Notes under the pieces: model-generated
The model's database searches: none
What the model saw: only the letters and a program-made list of their open reading frames with translations
Told to the model about the DNA's origin: nothing
From: a virus
Taxonomy: Duplodnaviria; Caudoviricetes
Length of the DNA: 60,242 bases
IMG/VR virus record: IMGVR_UViG_3300025127_000033
Location: 1 to 60,242 of that record
Strand: one strand, 5' to 3'
Shown here: positions 1-9,345 of the stretch, piece by piece
Layout of the letters: every line of letters begins with the position of its first letter
How positions within the stretch are numbered: the first letter of the stretch is position 1
Translations under genes and position numbers: made by a program

Positions 1-83
1 TCAGCTACCTGATGATGAGTTTATTATCAGCAAATACACTTACACTGTAGATGGTCAATTCGTTGTTTACTCAGGATGGGTGG

Positions 84-806
84 ATGAAGAGGATTAACTG
101 GAACGAAGCGATACCATATATGTTCTGTATATTCCTTGCGTTTATGCTATTAAACAAGTGTGAGCAAGAGAAGGAGTATAAGCAGGAGATACAGCGAATC
201 AATAATAATAATGTTGCGCTACTAGACACTATCCGAAACTACATGGATGACGATGGAATGTACGCTGCTGATATCAGGGCACTGAACTTAAAGCTGGATG
301 AGCTAGGCGACAGCATATCAGTAGACAGATCTCAACCACCGGTAACCATAACCAATCAGACAACAGAGATACGAGAGACTATTGAAGTCCCTGCGTTTAT
401 ATATGACACCATTACTATAGTAAACACCGACACGTTCTATAAGCAGATATATGTGGAGCGCACAGATACGTTCGGCAAGAGCAACAGATCCATCGAGGTG
501 ACTATACCTACTGATGGCGTAGTAGTGGCAGATGCTATAATAAACTTGGAGCAGGACATATGGGTTGAGAACACGGTAGAGCAGAACAATAAGACAGGCG
601 AGGTATTCTTTAGAATGAGAACTGACTACCCAGGAGTTACGTTCAATAATGCCAACGCTATACTAGTAGAACCGAAGCAACTCGTTAAGGTACGAAAATC
701 ATTTGGCGTTGGTTTTCAGACAGGCATAGGCATCACAACAACGGGCAAACCAAGGCATTACATAGGTGTGGGTATACACTATTCGCCTAAGTTTTTACAA
801 TGGTAA
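84..806 (+). CDS. Membrane-anchored coiled-coil protein with C-terminal beta-strands; putative spanin-like lysis protein (allele A)
   Basis: ORF 51..806; ATG at 84 overlaps the upstream stop. N-terminal TM (AIPYMFCIFLAFMLL), coiled coil, C-terminal FGVGFQTGIG...YIGVGIHY..W; lies next to holin genes. Confidence 0.55.
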   Translation: MKRINWNEAIPYMFCIFLAFMLLNKCEQEKEYKQEIQRINNNNVALLDTIRNYMDDDGMYAADIRALNLKLDELGDSISVDRSQPPVTITNQTTEIRETIEVPAFIYDTITIVNTDTFYKQIYVERTDTFGKSNRSIEVTIPTDGVVVADAIINLEQDIWVENTVEQNNKTGEVFFRMRTDYPGVTFNNANAILVEPKQLVKVRKSFGVGFQTGIGITTTGKPRHYIGVGIHYSPKFLQW

Positions 807-814
807 AAAAGTAT

Positions 815-822
815 TAATTTTA
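815..822 (+). promoter_or_regulatory. Putative -7 promoter box TAATTTTA, 5 nt before ATG 828
   Basis: Variant of Bacteroidota TAnnTTTG; same spacing pattern as several other late genes. Confidence 0.4.
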
Positions 823-827
823 AGGGC

Positions 828-1088
828 ATGAAACTGATAACGAAAGAGACCGTTGTCGGCATGCCAATGTCAACCTTTGTATGGATAATGGGAATTATAT
901 TCTCAGTATTCGTGGCATACTTTGAATTGAAAGCTGAAATAGATGAGGCCAAGAAGTTGCCTCCTCAAGAAGTATCCGCTGAAGAGATTAAAGTTTCTCT
1001 TGACGGAATTCAAAGACAGCTTGATGTAATGAATACTAAAATCGACAAACTAGATGAAAGACTTTACGAGCTCAATTCTGGAGAGTAA
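828..1088 (+). CDS. Single-TM coiled-coil protein (holin/antiholin-like)
   Basis: TM segment TFVWIMGIIFSVFVAYF followed by heptad repeats; lysis-gene context. Confidence 0.55.
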   Translation: MKLITKETVVGMPMSTFVWIMGIIFSVFVAYFELKAEIDEAKKLPPQEVSAEEIKVSLDGIQRQLDVMNTKIDKLDERLYELNSGE

Positions 1089-1308
1089 AGGTTGGGAGAT
1101 GTTTCGTGCTGGCTGGAGACCGACTATAGGTTGGGTGTGCGGGTTGGCACTTTTATACAACTTTATCGCTAGAGATATTATTGTTATCTTCACAGAACGC
1201 TTGGGAGAGCCTGTGCAGATGGACCATTTAATAACTGTCCTTGTAACAATGCTTGGTCTAAGCGGAATGAGAACATACGAAAAAGTAAAAAATGGGGAAA
1301 ATATCTAA
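1054..1308 (+). CDS. Holin (GTA 3TM-holin-like)
   Basis: GWRPTIGWVCGLALLYNFI and LVTMLGLSGMRTYEK motifs typical of the 3TM holin family. Confidence 0.8.
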   Translation: MKDFTSSILESKGWEMFRAGWRPTIGWVCGLALLYNFIARDIIVIFTERLGEPVQMDHLITVLVTMLGLSGMRTYEKVKNGENI

Positions 1309-2344
1309 CACTTCAAAGTATCCAACGGTAACACCTGCTAGTGCAGATTACATGGTTGCAACAGACGTTAGTGATGAAAACAACACTAAGACAGTAACGG
1401 TAGGGTCTATGGCGACTCCAATGTTGGGAGCACTATCATCTGATACTCCAGCTATAGACGACAAGTTGATTGGGTTAGATACTAGCGATAGTGATAACGC
1501 TAAGAAGTTTGTGGTATCAGATGTGTTAAAGACTCCTGTTTCTGCTACAGCGGCTATAGATGACAAGTTAATTGGTTTAGATACAAATGACAGTGATACG
1601 CCAAAAAGATTAACGGTGTCTGATGTTTTGAAATCTCCTGTTTCTGCTACAGCAGCTATAGATGACAAGTTAATTGGTCTAGACACAAATGATAGTGATA
1701 CACCAAAAAGACTTACAGTATCAGATGTGTTAAAGACTCCTTCGGCTGTTACGGCGGCAACAGACGATTTTTTATTATCTCTAGACACTAGCGACAGCGG
1801 AAACCCCAAGAAAGTATTAGTTTCAGACTTAACGGCATTATCCTTAGCACAAGGATATGATTCAACATTTGCTGCTAGCACTAATGTTAATCAAGTTTTA
1901 GCCCCTGGACTTACTTCAGGAAATGCTCAAGTTCTTTTTGGTTCTGTTCAAACAACAACCAATGTTGATTTAGCAGCCGATGGAACAATAACTATAAAAA
2001 CAGGTGGGGATTATTTTATCAACTTGTTTTTTCAGGTAGGTAATGTTAGTAGCACGGCCTCTACAATACATGTGTTGCAAGAATATGGAGGTGTTTCTTC
2101 GACTACGTCTCATTCATTCACTAAAATATTACCCGCTTCTACTGTCTTGGACCCCGTTAAATTATCTTTCTTTCTTAAAGTTCCATCAACAGGTTCAGGA
2201 GCAGCTCCAAGAACACTAAAGTATTTCATCGCTGCTGAAGCTGCGTCAAATGCAGGATTTATTTCATCATCTACAACTGCGTTTGCTCATGGTGGCACAT
2301 CTGTTTCTCCTGCTGTAAGTATTGGCATTTTCAAGAAGCAGTAA
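1292..2344 (+). CDS. Virion fibre/decoration protein with 34-aa tandem repeats and C-terminal beta-sandwich
   Basis: Repeats of TPVSATAAIDDKLIGLDTxDSDxxKxxxVSDVLK; S/T/A/G-rich C-terminal domain. Confidence 0.6.
   Translation: MGKISNTSKYPTVTPASADYMVATDVSDENNTKTVTVGSMATPMLGALSSDTPAIDDKLIGLDTSDSDNAKKFVVSDVLKTPVSATAAIDDKLIGLDTNDSDTPKRLTVSDVLKSPVSATAAIDDKLIGLDTNDSDTPKRLTVSDVLKTPSAVTAATDDFLLSLDTSDSGNPKKVLVSDLTALSLAQGYDSTFAASTNVNQVLAPGLTSGNAQVLFGSVQTTTNVDLAADGTITIKTGGDYFINLFFQVGNVSSTASTIHVLQEYGGVSSTTSHSFTKILPASTVLDPVKLSFFLKVPSTGSGAAPRTLKYFIAAEAASNAGFISSSTTAFAHGGTSVSPAVSIGIFKKQ
1445..1830 (+). repeat. Intragenic 102-bp (34-codon) tandem repeat, about 4 copies
   Basis: GCTATAGAyGACAAGTTrATTGG recurs near 1451, 1553 and 1655; a fourth degenerate copy near 1757. 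Confidence 0.9.
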
Positions 2345-2562
2345 TGCAAATCAGAAAAATTTCAATAGGGGCGGACTACAAGAGTAGTGCGATGCACTAT
2401 ATCCTTGGACAGGATGTGCTAGGTGGTGGATATAAAATACATCTTATAGACTTGGAGGGTGCTGAGTATAAGATATGGATTCAAAGGGGTGACGAGGTTC
2501 TGCTTTGGAAGTCTTTTGGGCCAACAATGCCTGTGTCCGTAGAATATAATATAAATTTTTAA
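2344..2562 (+). CDS. Hypothetical phage protein
   Basis: 72-aa ORF coupled by TAATG to the upstream gene and abutting the next gene. Confidence 0.8.
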   Translation: MQIRKISIGADYKSSAMHYILGQDVLGGGYKIHLIDLEGAEYKIWIQRGDEVLLWKSFGPTMPVSVEYNINF

Positions 2563-3132
2563 ATGCAATCAATTCATTCGTTTTTAGTTAAACCTAAAGG
2601 CGGACGGAGATACAACAACACAAAGAAGATAGGTGACGTTGATTTTATTTTAAGTATATCTCCTGAAGACCATATGGTTACAAACAGAGAGGCAGAGGTT
2701 CTCTCCGTTCCAATAAATTATGATGGCGACGTAAAGGTCGGTGATACTATCTTGGTGCACCACAATGTTTTCAGAACATACTACGACATGAAGGGTAACC
2801 ACAGGAGTGGTAAGAGTTTCTTCAAGGACGACCTATTCTTGGTTGACCACGATCAGTTTTTCTTATACCATGATGGCGTTGACTGGAAGTGTCCAGGCAA
2901 ATATTGCTTCATACAGCCGGTAGGACCTGAGCAATCTTGGCTATTTAATCCGCTCTCACATCAGCCACTTATTGGTAAGATTAAGTATATTAATAAGGAG
3001 CTCGTTGACTTAGGTCTTAGCGTTGGGGACAGGATATCTTTTGAGCCTGATAGCGAATATGAGTTTAAGATAGATGGTGAGGACCTGTACAGGATGTTTA
3101 CCGAGAACATTACGATTCAGTGGAAAAAGTAG
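2563..3132 (+). CDS. Putative GroES/Cpn10-like fold protein (possibly two tandem domains)
   Basis: AEVLSVP..DVKVGDTILV and GKIKY...GLSVGDRISF resemble Cpn10 beta-barrel motifs. Confidence 0.45.
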   Translation: MQSIHSFLVKPKGGRRYNNTKKIGDVDFILSISPEDHMVTNREAEVLSVPINYDGDVKVGDTILVHHNVFRTYYDMKGNHRSGKSFFKDDLFLVDHDQFFLYHDGVDWKCPGKYCFIQPVGPEQSWLFNPLSHQPLIGKIKYINKELVDLGLSVGDRISFEPDSEYEFKIDGEDLYRMFTENITIQWKK

Positions 3133-3299
3133 AAAGGTGGCTTCAATGCGGATGCAAATTGAAAAGAATAAAAGGAAAGTACAGATGGCAGAGATGCCCT
3201 GATGCAATATGGATTTATGAGCAATTCGAAAAAACAGGAGATTGGAGCTGGGACAAAAAGTACAGCGAACACTTCAGAGATAAAGAAAAAAATTATTGA
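3120..3299 (+). CDS. Unlisted 59-aa ORF (GTG start), Cys/Trp-rich
   Basis: Hand translation: VEKVERWLQCGCKLKRIKGKYRWQRCPDAIWIYEQFEKTGDWSWDKKYSEHFRDKEKNY. Overlaps the upstream stop and the 5' end of the next ORF. Confidence 0.45.
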   Translation: MEKVERWLQCGCKLKRIKGKYRWQRCPDAIWIYEQFEKTGDWSWDKKYSEHFRDKEKNY

Positions 3300-3528
3300 T
3301 GCAGGTTATAAGGCCGTGCAACAACTCATCAAGGTGGCTGAGGAAAATATCATCAAGCCAGATCCTGATGATGAACTTGCTGCTGACAGGCTGAAGAATG
3401 CTGCCGCAACAAAGAAACTAGCCATATTCGATGCGTTCGAGATACTATCAAGAATCGAGGCAGAGAAAGAGGCACTTAACGAAGTTAAAAGTTCAACTAG
3501 AGGTTTTGCTGAACGAAGGTCAAAATAG
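3202..3528 (+). CDS. terS: Putative terminase small subunit
   Basis: Helical protein directly upstream of the large terminase; start may be ATG 3217. Confidence 0.55.
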   Translation: MQYGFMSNSKKQEIGAGTKSTANTSEIKKKIIDAGYKAVQQLIKVAEENIIKPDPDDELAADRLKNAAATKKLAIFDAFEILSRIEAEKEALNEVKSSTRGFAERRSK

Positions 3529-5749
3529 TTTATATCGAGTTGTAGACTCAGGCATCCCCAAGCAAGTCATAAGACAGAAGAACAAGGGGAAGAGCTGGAA
3601 GTATGGCTACGATGAGAAGTATGATATTATAATCATCTCAAAAGATGGTACGCTAGGGGAGGTTTACAATATTAATGGACTTATTATAGGTCTACCCGAA
3701 CAACCCAAGAATGTATACTCTAGGAGCAAAAAGAAAGACGAGCAGTATTGGGAACGCAAGGAATATCCTAGACAACTGCATAGAATAAAGTCAATCTTCC
3801 AATGGAATGAGATGTTGTCCGACTTTAAGTCGATGTGGGTTGACTATATCGAGCAGGAGTTTGACAATCGGGAGAATGGTTTTTGGTATATGAACCATGG
3901 TGAGCCAACCTATCTTACAGGTTCTCATTACATGTACTTGCAGTGGACTAAGATTGACGTTGGGTATCCTGACTTTAGGGAGGCCAACAGAATATTCTAC
4001 ATATACTGGGAGGCCTGCAAGGCGGATAAGAGATGTTTTGGAATGTGCTATTTAAAGATTAGGCGTTCAGGGTTTTCATTTATGGGTGCTTCGGAGTCTG
4101 TAAATGTTGGAACGTTGGCCAAGGACTCTAGGCTTGGGGTGTTGTCAAAGACAGGAGGTGATGCTAAAAAACTATTTGTAGATAAGATTGTACCGATAGC
4201 CAACAACTATCCATTTTTCTTCAAGCCGATACAGGACGGGATGGATAAGCCAAAGACTGAGTTGGCGTTCCGTGTTCCAGCTTCTAAGATTACAAAGAAG
4301 AATATGCACGAGGTTATGGATGACGATATGGATGGCCTTGACACCACTATTGATTGGAAGAACACAGCAGACAACAGCTATGATGGTGAGAAACTGAAAC
4401 TACTAGTACACGACGAGAGTGGTAAGTGGGAAAAGCCTGAGAACATTCTAAACAATTGGCGTGTAACTAAAACTTGTTTGAGACTAGGTAGCCGTGTCGT
4501 TGGCAAGTGTATGATGGGGTCAACCTGTAACGCACTAAATAAAGGAGGCGACAATTTTAAGAAGCTATATATGGATTCCGACCCATCCACAAGAAACCCC
4601 AACGGACAAACGAAGAGTGGCTTATATTCTTTATTCATTCCTATGGAATGGAACTTCGAGGGTTATATAAATAAGTTTGGGTGGCCCGTGTTTGATGATC
4701 CTGTCGTTGAACTAGAGGGAGTGGATGGTGAGATGATATCTACGGGTGCTATTACATATTGGGATAACGAAGTGAAGTCTCTGAAGTCTGATGGAAATGC
4801 ATTGAATGAGTTTTATCGTCAGTTTCCAAGAACAGAGTCGCACGCTTTTAGAGATGAGAGTAAGTCATCCATATTTAATCTTACCAAGATATATCAGCAG
4901 ATAGACTATAACGATTCTGTAATAAAAGAGCATTTCGTCACAAGGGGTAAGTTCTATTGGAAGGATGGTCCTGATAGCAAAGTGGTTTGGAGCCCCGATA
5001 ATAATGGCAGGTTCTTATTGTCTTGGATTCCCCCAGCTCATTTGCAGAACAATGTAATTATAAGGGGCGGAAGAAGATACCCTGGCAACGAGCACATGGG
5101 ATCTTTTGGGTGCGACCCTTATGACATATCTGGAACTGTAGGAGGGGGAGCATCTAATGGTGCTCTTCATGGGCTTACTAAGTTTCATATGGACGAGGGC
5201 CCTTCTAATGAGTTCTTCCTAGAGTACATTGCTAGGCCACAAACAGCAGAGATGTTTTTTGAGGATGTATTAATGGCCTGTGTGTTTTATGGAATGCCAA
5301 TACTTGCAGAGAATAATAAGGCTAGGCTACTATATCATTTTAAGAATAGAGGATATAGATCATTCTCCATGAACAGGCCCGACAAGGCCTCTAACAAGCT
5401 CTCTAAGACCGAAAGAGAGATAGGGGGTATACCTAACTCATCTGAGGACGTAAAACAGGCTCACGCATCCGCCATAGAGTCGTATATTGAAAAATATGTT
5501 GGGCTTGATATGACAGGAGAGTTTAGAGAGATGGGGGACATGGGTTCAATGCCTTTTGTGAAAACTCTAGAGGATTGGGCAAAGTTTGATGTAAACAACA
5601 GGACAAAGTATGATGCGTCAATTAGTTCAGGGCTAGCTATTATGGCTAATCAAAAACACCTATATAAGCCTGAAGTAAAACAATCAAAAATAAAGATTAA
5701 CTTTGCAAGGTATAATAACAAGGGTAGTAATAGCCAATTATTAAGATAG
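3431..5749 (+). CDS. terL: Terminase large subunit
   Basis: Walker A-like KIRRSGFS, Walker B LLVHDE, coupling motif GST, nuclease GCDPYD; precedes portal. True start may be TTG 3506. Confidence 0.9.
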   Translation: MRSRYYQESRQRKRHLTKLKVQLEVLLNEGQNSLYRVVDSGIPKQVIRQKNKGKSWKYGYDEKYDIIIISKDGTLGEVYNINGLIIGLPEQPKNVYSRSKKKDEQYWERKEYPRQLHRIKSIFQWNEMLSDFKSMWVDYIEQEFDNRENGFWYMNHGEPTYLTGSHYMYLQWTKIDVGYPDFREANRIFYIYWEACKADKRCFGMCYLKIRRSGFSFMGASESVNVGTLAKDSRLGVLSKTGGDAKKLFVDKIVPIANNYPFFFKPIQDGMDKPKTELAFRVPASKITKKNMHEVMDDDMDGLDTTIDWKNTADNSYDGEKLKLLVHDESGKWEKPENILNNWRVTKTCLRLGSRVVGKCMMGSTCNALNKGGDNFKKLYMDSDPSTRNPNGQTKSGLYSLFIPMEWNFEGYINKFGWPVFDDPVVELEGVDGEMISTGAITYWDNEVKSLKSDGNALNEFYRQFPRTESHAFRDESKSSIFNLTKIYQQIDYNDSVIKEHFVTRGKFYWKDGPDSKVVWSPDNNGRFLLSWIPPAHLQNNVIIRGGRRYPGNEHMGSFGCDPYDISGTVGGGASNGALHGLTKFHMDEGPSNEFFLEYIARPQTAEMFFEDVLMACVFYGMPILAENNKARLLYHFKNRGYRSFSMNRPDKASNKLSKTEREIGGIPNSSEDVKQAHASAIESYIEKYVGLDMTGEFREMGDMGSMPFVKTLEDWAKFDVNNRTKYDASISSGLAIMANQKHLYKPEVKQSKIKINFARYNNKGSNSQLLR

Positions 5750-8212
5750 ATGCAGAAAGTTAATGTAGATATACCATCGGCCTATTTCCCCGACCAGTTT
5801 GTTTCTGATGAAAAGAAAGCAACCCCTGAGTTCGGTTTAAGGATTGGGCAATCAATACAATACGAATGGTTTAGGAAAGATGGTAATCGGGGTAGATACT
5901 ATGACAGGTATCGAAAGTTTCATAAAATGAGACTGTATGCTCGTGGAGAGCAGTCGATATCTAAGTACAAAAAAGAAATAGCTGTTGATGGTGACCTTAG
6001 TTATTTAAATCTAGACTGGACACCTGTTCCTATTATACCTAAGTTTGTTGACATCGTTGTCAATGGAATGACAGATAGAATCTTTGATGTAAAGGTAAAG
6101 GCTCAGGATCCTACCTCAATATATAGAAGAAACACATATCAAGAAAGATTACGTTCTGAAATGCTTGCCAAGCCTATATTAGATGAAATGGCAAATCAGT
6201 TTGGTATTAACCCTTTTACATTTAAAGACGACGAACTTCCAGAGAGCGACGAAGAACTAGACTTGATAATGCAGCTAAATTACAAGCCATCTATAGAGAT
6301 TGCTGCTGAAACTGCCATATCTACTATACTAGAAGATAATTTCTACGAGGACATCAAAAAAAGAATAAACTATGATATTGCCGTATTAGGCATGGGTGTT
6401 GCAAAGCATGAGTTTAATGAAGGATCTGGTGTTGATGTGAAGTATGTTGATCCTGCTGATGTTATACACAGTTATACTGAGGACCCGTACTTTAAGGATT
6501 GTTTCTATTGGGGAGAGGTTAAAACCGTTCCGGTAAATGAGTTGCGTAAGATAGACCCGTCCTTAACTAACGAAGATCTATCTGAGATATCAGAATATAG
6601 CTATGGCTTTTATGATTATAACAATGAGCCTAGCACTTATGGAGATGATACTTTTAGAAAAGACACTGCAACACTTCTTTATTTTAACTACAAAACAACA
6701 AACACGTTTAAGTACAAAAAGAAAGTAGGGGAAAACGGTGCTGTTAGAATGATTGAAAAACCATCTGATTTTAATCCTCCACAAGATATGATTGAGGATG
6801 GAAAGTTTGAGGTTGTAGAGAAAACTATTGACGTTTGGTATGAGGGTGTTATGGTAATGGGCACGAACATTATGCTCAAGTGGAATCTCATGGAGAATAT
6901 GGTTAGGCCTAAATCTTCATCCCAACACGCAATGCCAAACTATGTGGCTGTTGCACCTAGAGTTTATAAAGGAAATGTAGAGTCTTTAGTAAGAAGAATG
7001 ATTCCTTTTGCTGATCTCATTCAGATTACACACCTCAAGTTGCAGCAGGTTATGAATCGCATGACTCCAGATGGAGTGTTTATTGATGCCGATGGCCTTA
7101 ACGAGGTTGACTTAGGCACAGGAGCAGCTTACAACCCTGAAGATGCACTTAGGCTTTACTTTCAAACAGGATCTGTTGTTGGTCGAAGTTATACTCAAGA
7201 TGGCGACTTTAACAATGCTAGAGTTCCTATTCAACCTATTACTGGTCACTCAGGAGGTCAAAAAATGTCTGCTCTAATAAATAACTACAATCACTACCTA
7301 AGAATGATTAGGGATGTGACCGGATTAAATGAGGCTAGAGATGGATCAACCCCTGATTCAAACGCTTTGGTTGGTGTTCAAAAATTAGCAGCAGCTAATT
7401 CTAATACTGCAACAAGACACATTCTCGATGCATCTCATTTTGTTACAAGAGAATTATCTCAGGCCATATCAATACGTCTTTCCGATGCTATGGAGTACAT
7501 GGATCATGCTGAGGAGTTGGCTATGCAGGTTGGAAGACACAAGTCTGAAATTATAAAAGACATTTCAGATTACTATATGTATGACTTTGGAATTTTTATT
7601 GATGTTGCGCCTGATGAAGAAGAAAAAGCTATGCTAGAGCAAAACATTCAGATAGCAATTCAAAAGGGGGATATTGGCCTTGACGATGCCATCGATATTA
7701 GAGAGGTTAAAAACACCAAAATAGCAAATCAACTCCTAAAGGTTAAAAAGTCAAAGAAACAGGAAAAGGAGCAGAAGAATATGGCTATGCAACAGCAAAT
7801 GCAATCTCAAATGGTCATGCAACAACAACAAGCAGCAGCTCAAATGGATGTTCAGAAAAAAGAGATTGAATCTCAAATGAGAGCAAAAGAAATGGCAATT
7901 GCAGCAAGAATTGACATGGAAAAAGCAATGCGTGAAGCAGAGATAAAATCTATGTTGATGGCAAGGCAGTTTGAATTTGACTATCAATTAGCTAACCTCA
8001 AGGAATCTAAACTTGAGGAGAGAGACAAAATGAAAGAGACTGGTAAAGAAGCTAGAATAAGCAAACAAAACACTCAGCAGTCAAAACTTATTAATCAAAG
8101 AAAAAACAATTTGCCACCAATGAACTTTGAAGATAGGCAAGCTGATGTTAAAATGAACTTCCCAAATATGATAGAAAATTTGGATATGGAAGAAAGTAGT
8201 AATTTTGAGTAA
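5750..8212 (+). CDS. Portal protein
   Basis: 820 aa after terL; PIIPKFVDIVV motif and Q/M-rich C-terminal coiled coil as in P22-like portals. Confidence 0.85.
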   Translation: MQKVNVDIPSAYFPDQFVSDEKKATPEFGLRIGQSIQYEWFRKDGNRGRYYDRYRKFHKMRLYARGEQSISKYKKEIAVDGDLSYLNLDWTPVPIIPKFVDIVVNGMTDRIFDVKVKAQDPTSIYRRNTYQERLRSEMLAKPILDEMANQFGINPFTFKDDELPESDEELDLIMQLNYKPSIEIAAETAISTILEDNFYEDIKKRINYDIAVLGMGVAKHEFNEGSGVDVKYVDPADVIHSYTEDPYFKDCFYWGEVKTVPVNELRKIDPSLTNEDLSEISEYSYGFYDYNNEPSTYGDDTFRKDTATLLYFNYKTTNTFKYKKKVGENGAVRMIEKPSDFNPPQDMIEDGKFEVVEKTIDVWYEGVMVMGTNIMLKWNLMENMVRPKSSSQHAMPNYVAVAPRVYKGNVESLVRRMIPFADLIQITHLKLQQVMNRMTPDGVFIDADGLNEVDLGTGAAYNPEDALRLYFQTGSVVGRSYTQDGDFNNARVPIQPITGHSGGQKMSALINNYNHYLRMIRDVTGLNEARDGSTPDSNALVGVQKLAAANSNTATRHILDASHFVTRELSQAISIRLSDAMEYMDHAEELAMQVGRHKSEIIKDISDYYMYDFGIFIDVAPDEEEKAMLEQNIQIAIQKGDIGLDDAIDIREVKNTKIANQLLKVKKSKKQEKEQKNMAMQQQMQSQMVMQQQQAAAQMDVQKKEIESQMRAKEMAIAARIDMEKAMREAEIKSMLMARQFEFDYQLANLKESKLEERDKMKETGKEARISKQNTQQSKLINQRKNNLPPMNFEDRQADVKMNFPNMIENLDMEESSNFE

Positions 8213-8222
8213 AATTTAATTT

Positions 8223-9335
8223 ATGGAAATCAAAGTAAGAGACCTTGGCTCTGAGGAGGCAAAGTCAAGTCAACAGATTGAGCAGGAGCTATTAGATAAG
8301 CATGAGCAATCTTTGAATGAAGAAAAACCGGTTGCAGAAACTGTTGAAGTTGTAAAAGAAGAGGTGGAGGTTCAACAGGAAGAGCAACCAAAAGAAGAAA
8401 AGTCACTTAGTGACGAAGATGTTCTTTCATATATATCTGAAAGATATGGCAAAAAAATAGACTCTTTTGATGAGTTAGTGACTGAAAGAAGCGAATCGCC
8501 AGATTTGCCTGAGGATATTGCGGCATACTATAAGTACAAGCAAGAAACAGGTCGGGGAATGGATGATTTTGTTAGATTAAATAAATCTTCTGACGATATG
8601 GATGATGATGATTTACTTCTTAGTTACTACATGGAAACAGAAGAGGGACTTGATCGATCTGACATTGAGGATATGATATATGATAAGTTTCATATGGATG
8701 AGGATACGATGGAAGAAAGAGAAATTAAGTCTAAAAAAATAGAAAGGAAAAAAGAACTCGCTAAAGCCAAAAAACACTTTAATTCTCAAAGGGAAAAATA
8801 CAAAGCACCGCTTGAGTCAAGCGCATCTTTGTCTGATGAGGATAAAAAAGCTTTAGAGGATTATAGAGAGTATCTTAATAGTGCCAAAAACGAGAAACAG
8901 GAAGCGGAAAGGCGAGCCGAGTGGTTTACCAAAAAAACTTCTGAGGTTTTCAGTGATGATTTCAAAGGTTTTGATTTTAGCATTGATGAAAAGGCCTACA
9001 CGTTTTCTCCAGGTAACGCAAAGGATTTGAAAAAGGCTCAGTCTGATATATACAACTTCATTGGTAAGTTTATAGGCGATGATGGGTTAATTAAAGATTC
9101 TTCGGGTTATCACAAAGCACTATCAGTAGCCATGAATCCTGATAAATTCGCCAAGTTCTTTTATGAGCAAGGGCGAGCCGAGGCTATAGAAGGTGACGCA
9201 AAGCGTGCGAAAAACATCAAAATGGATGTTCGTCAAACGCCAAAGGTAACTTCTGACGGAGGATTCAAAGTTCGTGCTGTAGACTCAGGTCGAAGCAGGG
9301 GCTTAACGATAAAAAGTATTAACAAAAAAACCTAA
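8223..9335 (+). CDS. Putative capsid scaffolding protein
   Basis: Highly acidic coiled-coil protein between portal and capsid; TAATTTTG box at 8200-8207. Confidence 0.65.
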   Translation: MEIKVRDLGSEEAKSSQQIEQELLDKHEQSLNEEKPVAETVEVVKEEVEVQQEEQPKEEKSLSDEDVLSYISERYGKKIDSFDELVTERSESPDLPEDIAAYYKYKQETGRGMDDFVRLNKSSDDMDDDDLLLSYYMETEEGLDRSDIEDMIYDKFHMDEDTMEEREIKSKKIERKKELAKAKKHFNSQREKYKAPLESSASLSDEDKKALEDYREYLNSAKNEKQEAERRAEWFTKKTSEVFSDDFKGFDFSIDEKAYTFSPGNAKDLKKAQSDIYNFIGKFIGDDGLIKDSSGYHKALSVAMNPDKFAKFFYEQGRAEAIEGDAKRAKNIKMDVRQTPKVTSDGGFKVRAVDSGRSRGLTIKSINKKT

Positions 9336-9345
9336 AACCTAAAAT

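Larger units (their letters stand above)
1..872. repeat. Imperfect terminal direct repeat, left copy (matches 59371-60242)
   Basis: Ungapped alignment by eye: 1-90 and 777-872 identical, about 62 substitutions counted in 91-776. Indicates a circular/permuted complete genome. Confidence 0.97.

Noticed and set aside
1-872. Diversity-generating retroelement template/variable repeat pair
   Set aside because: Mismatches are not adenine-specific (many C/T, mostly synonymous) and no reverse transcriptase was seen.
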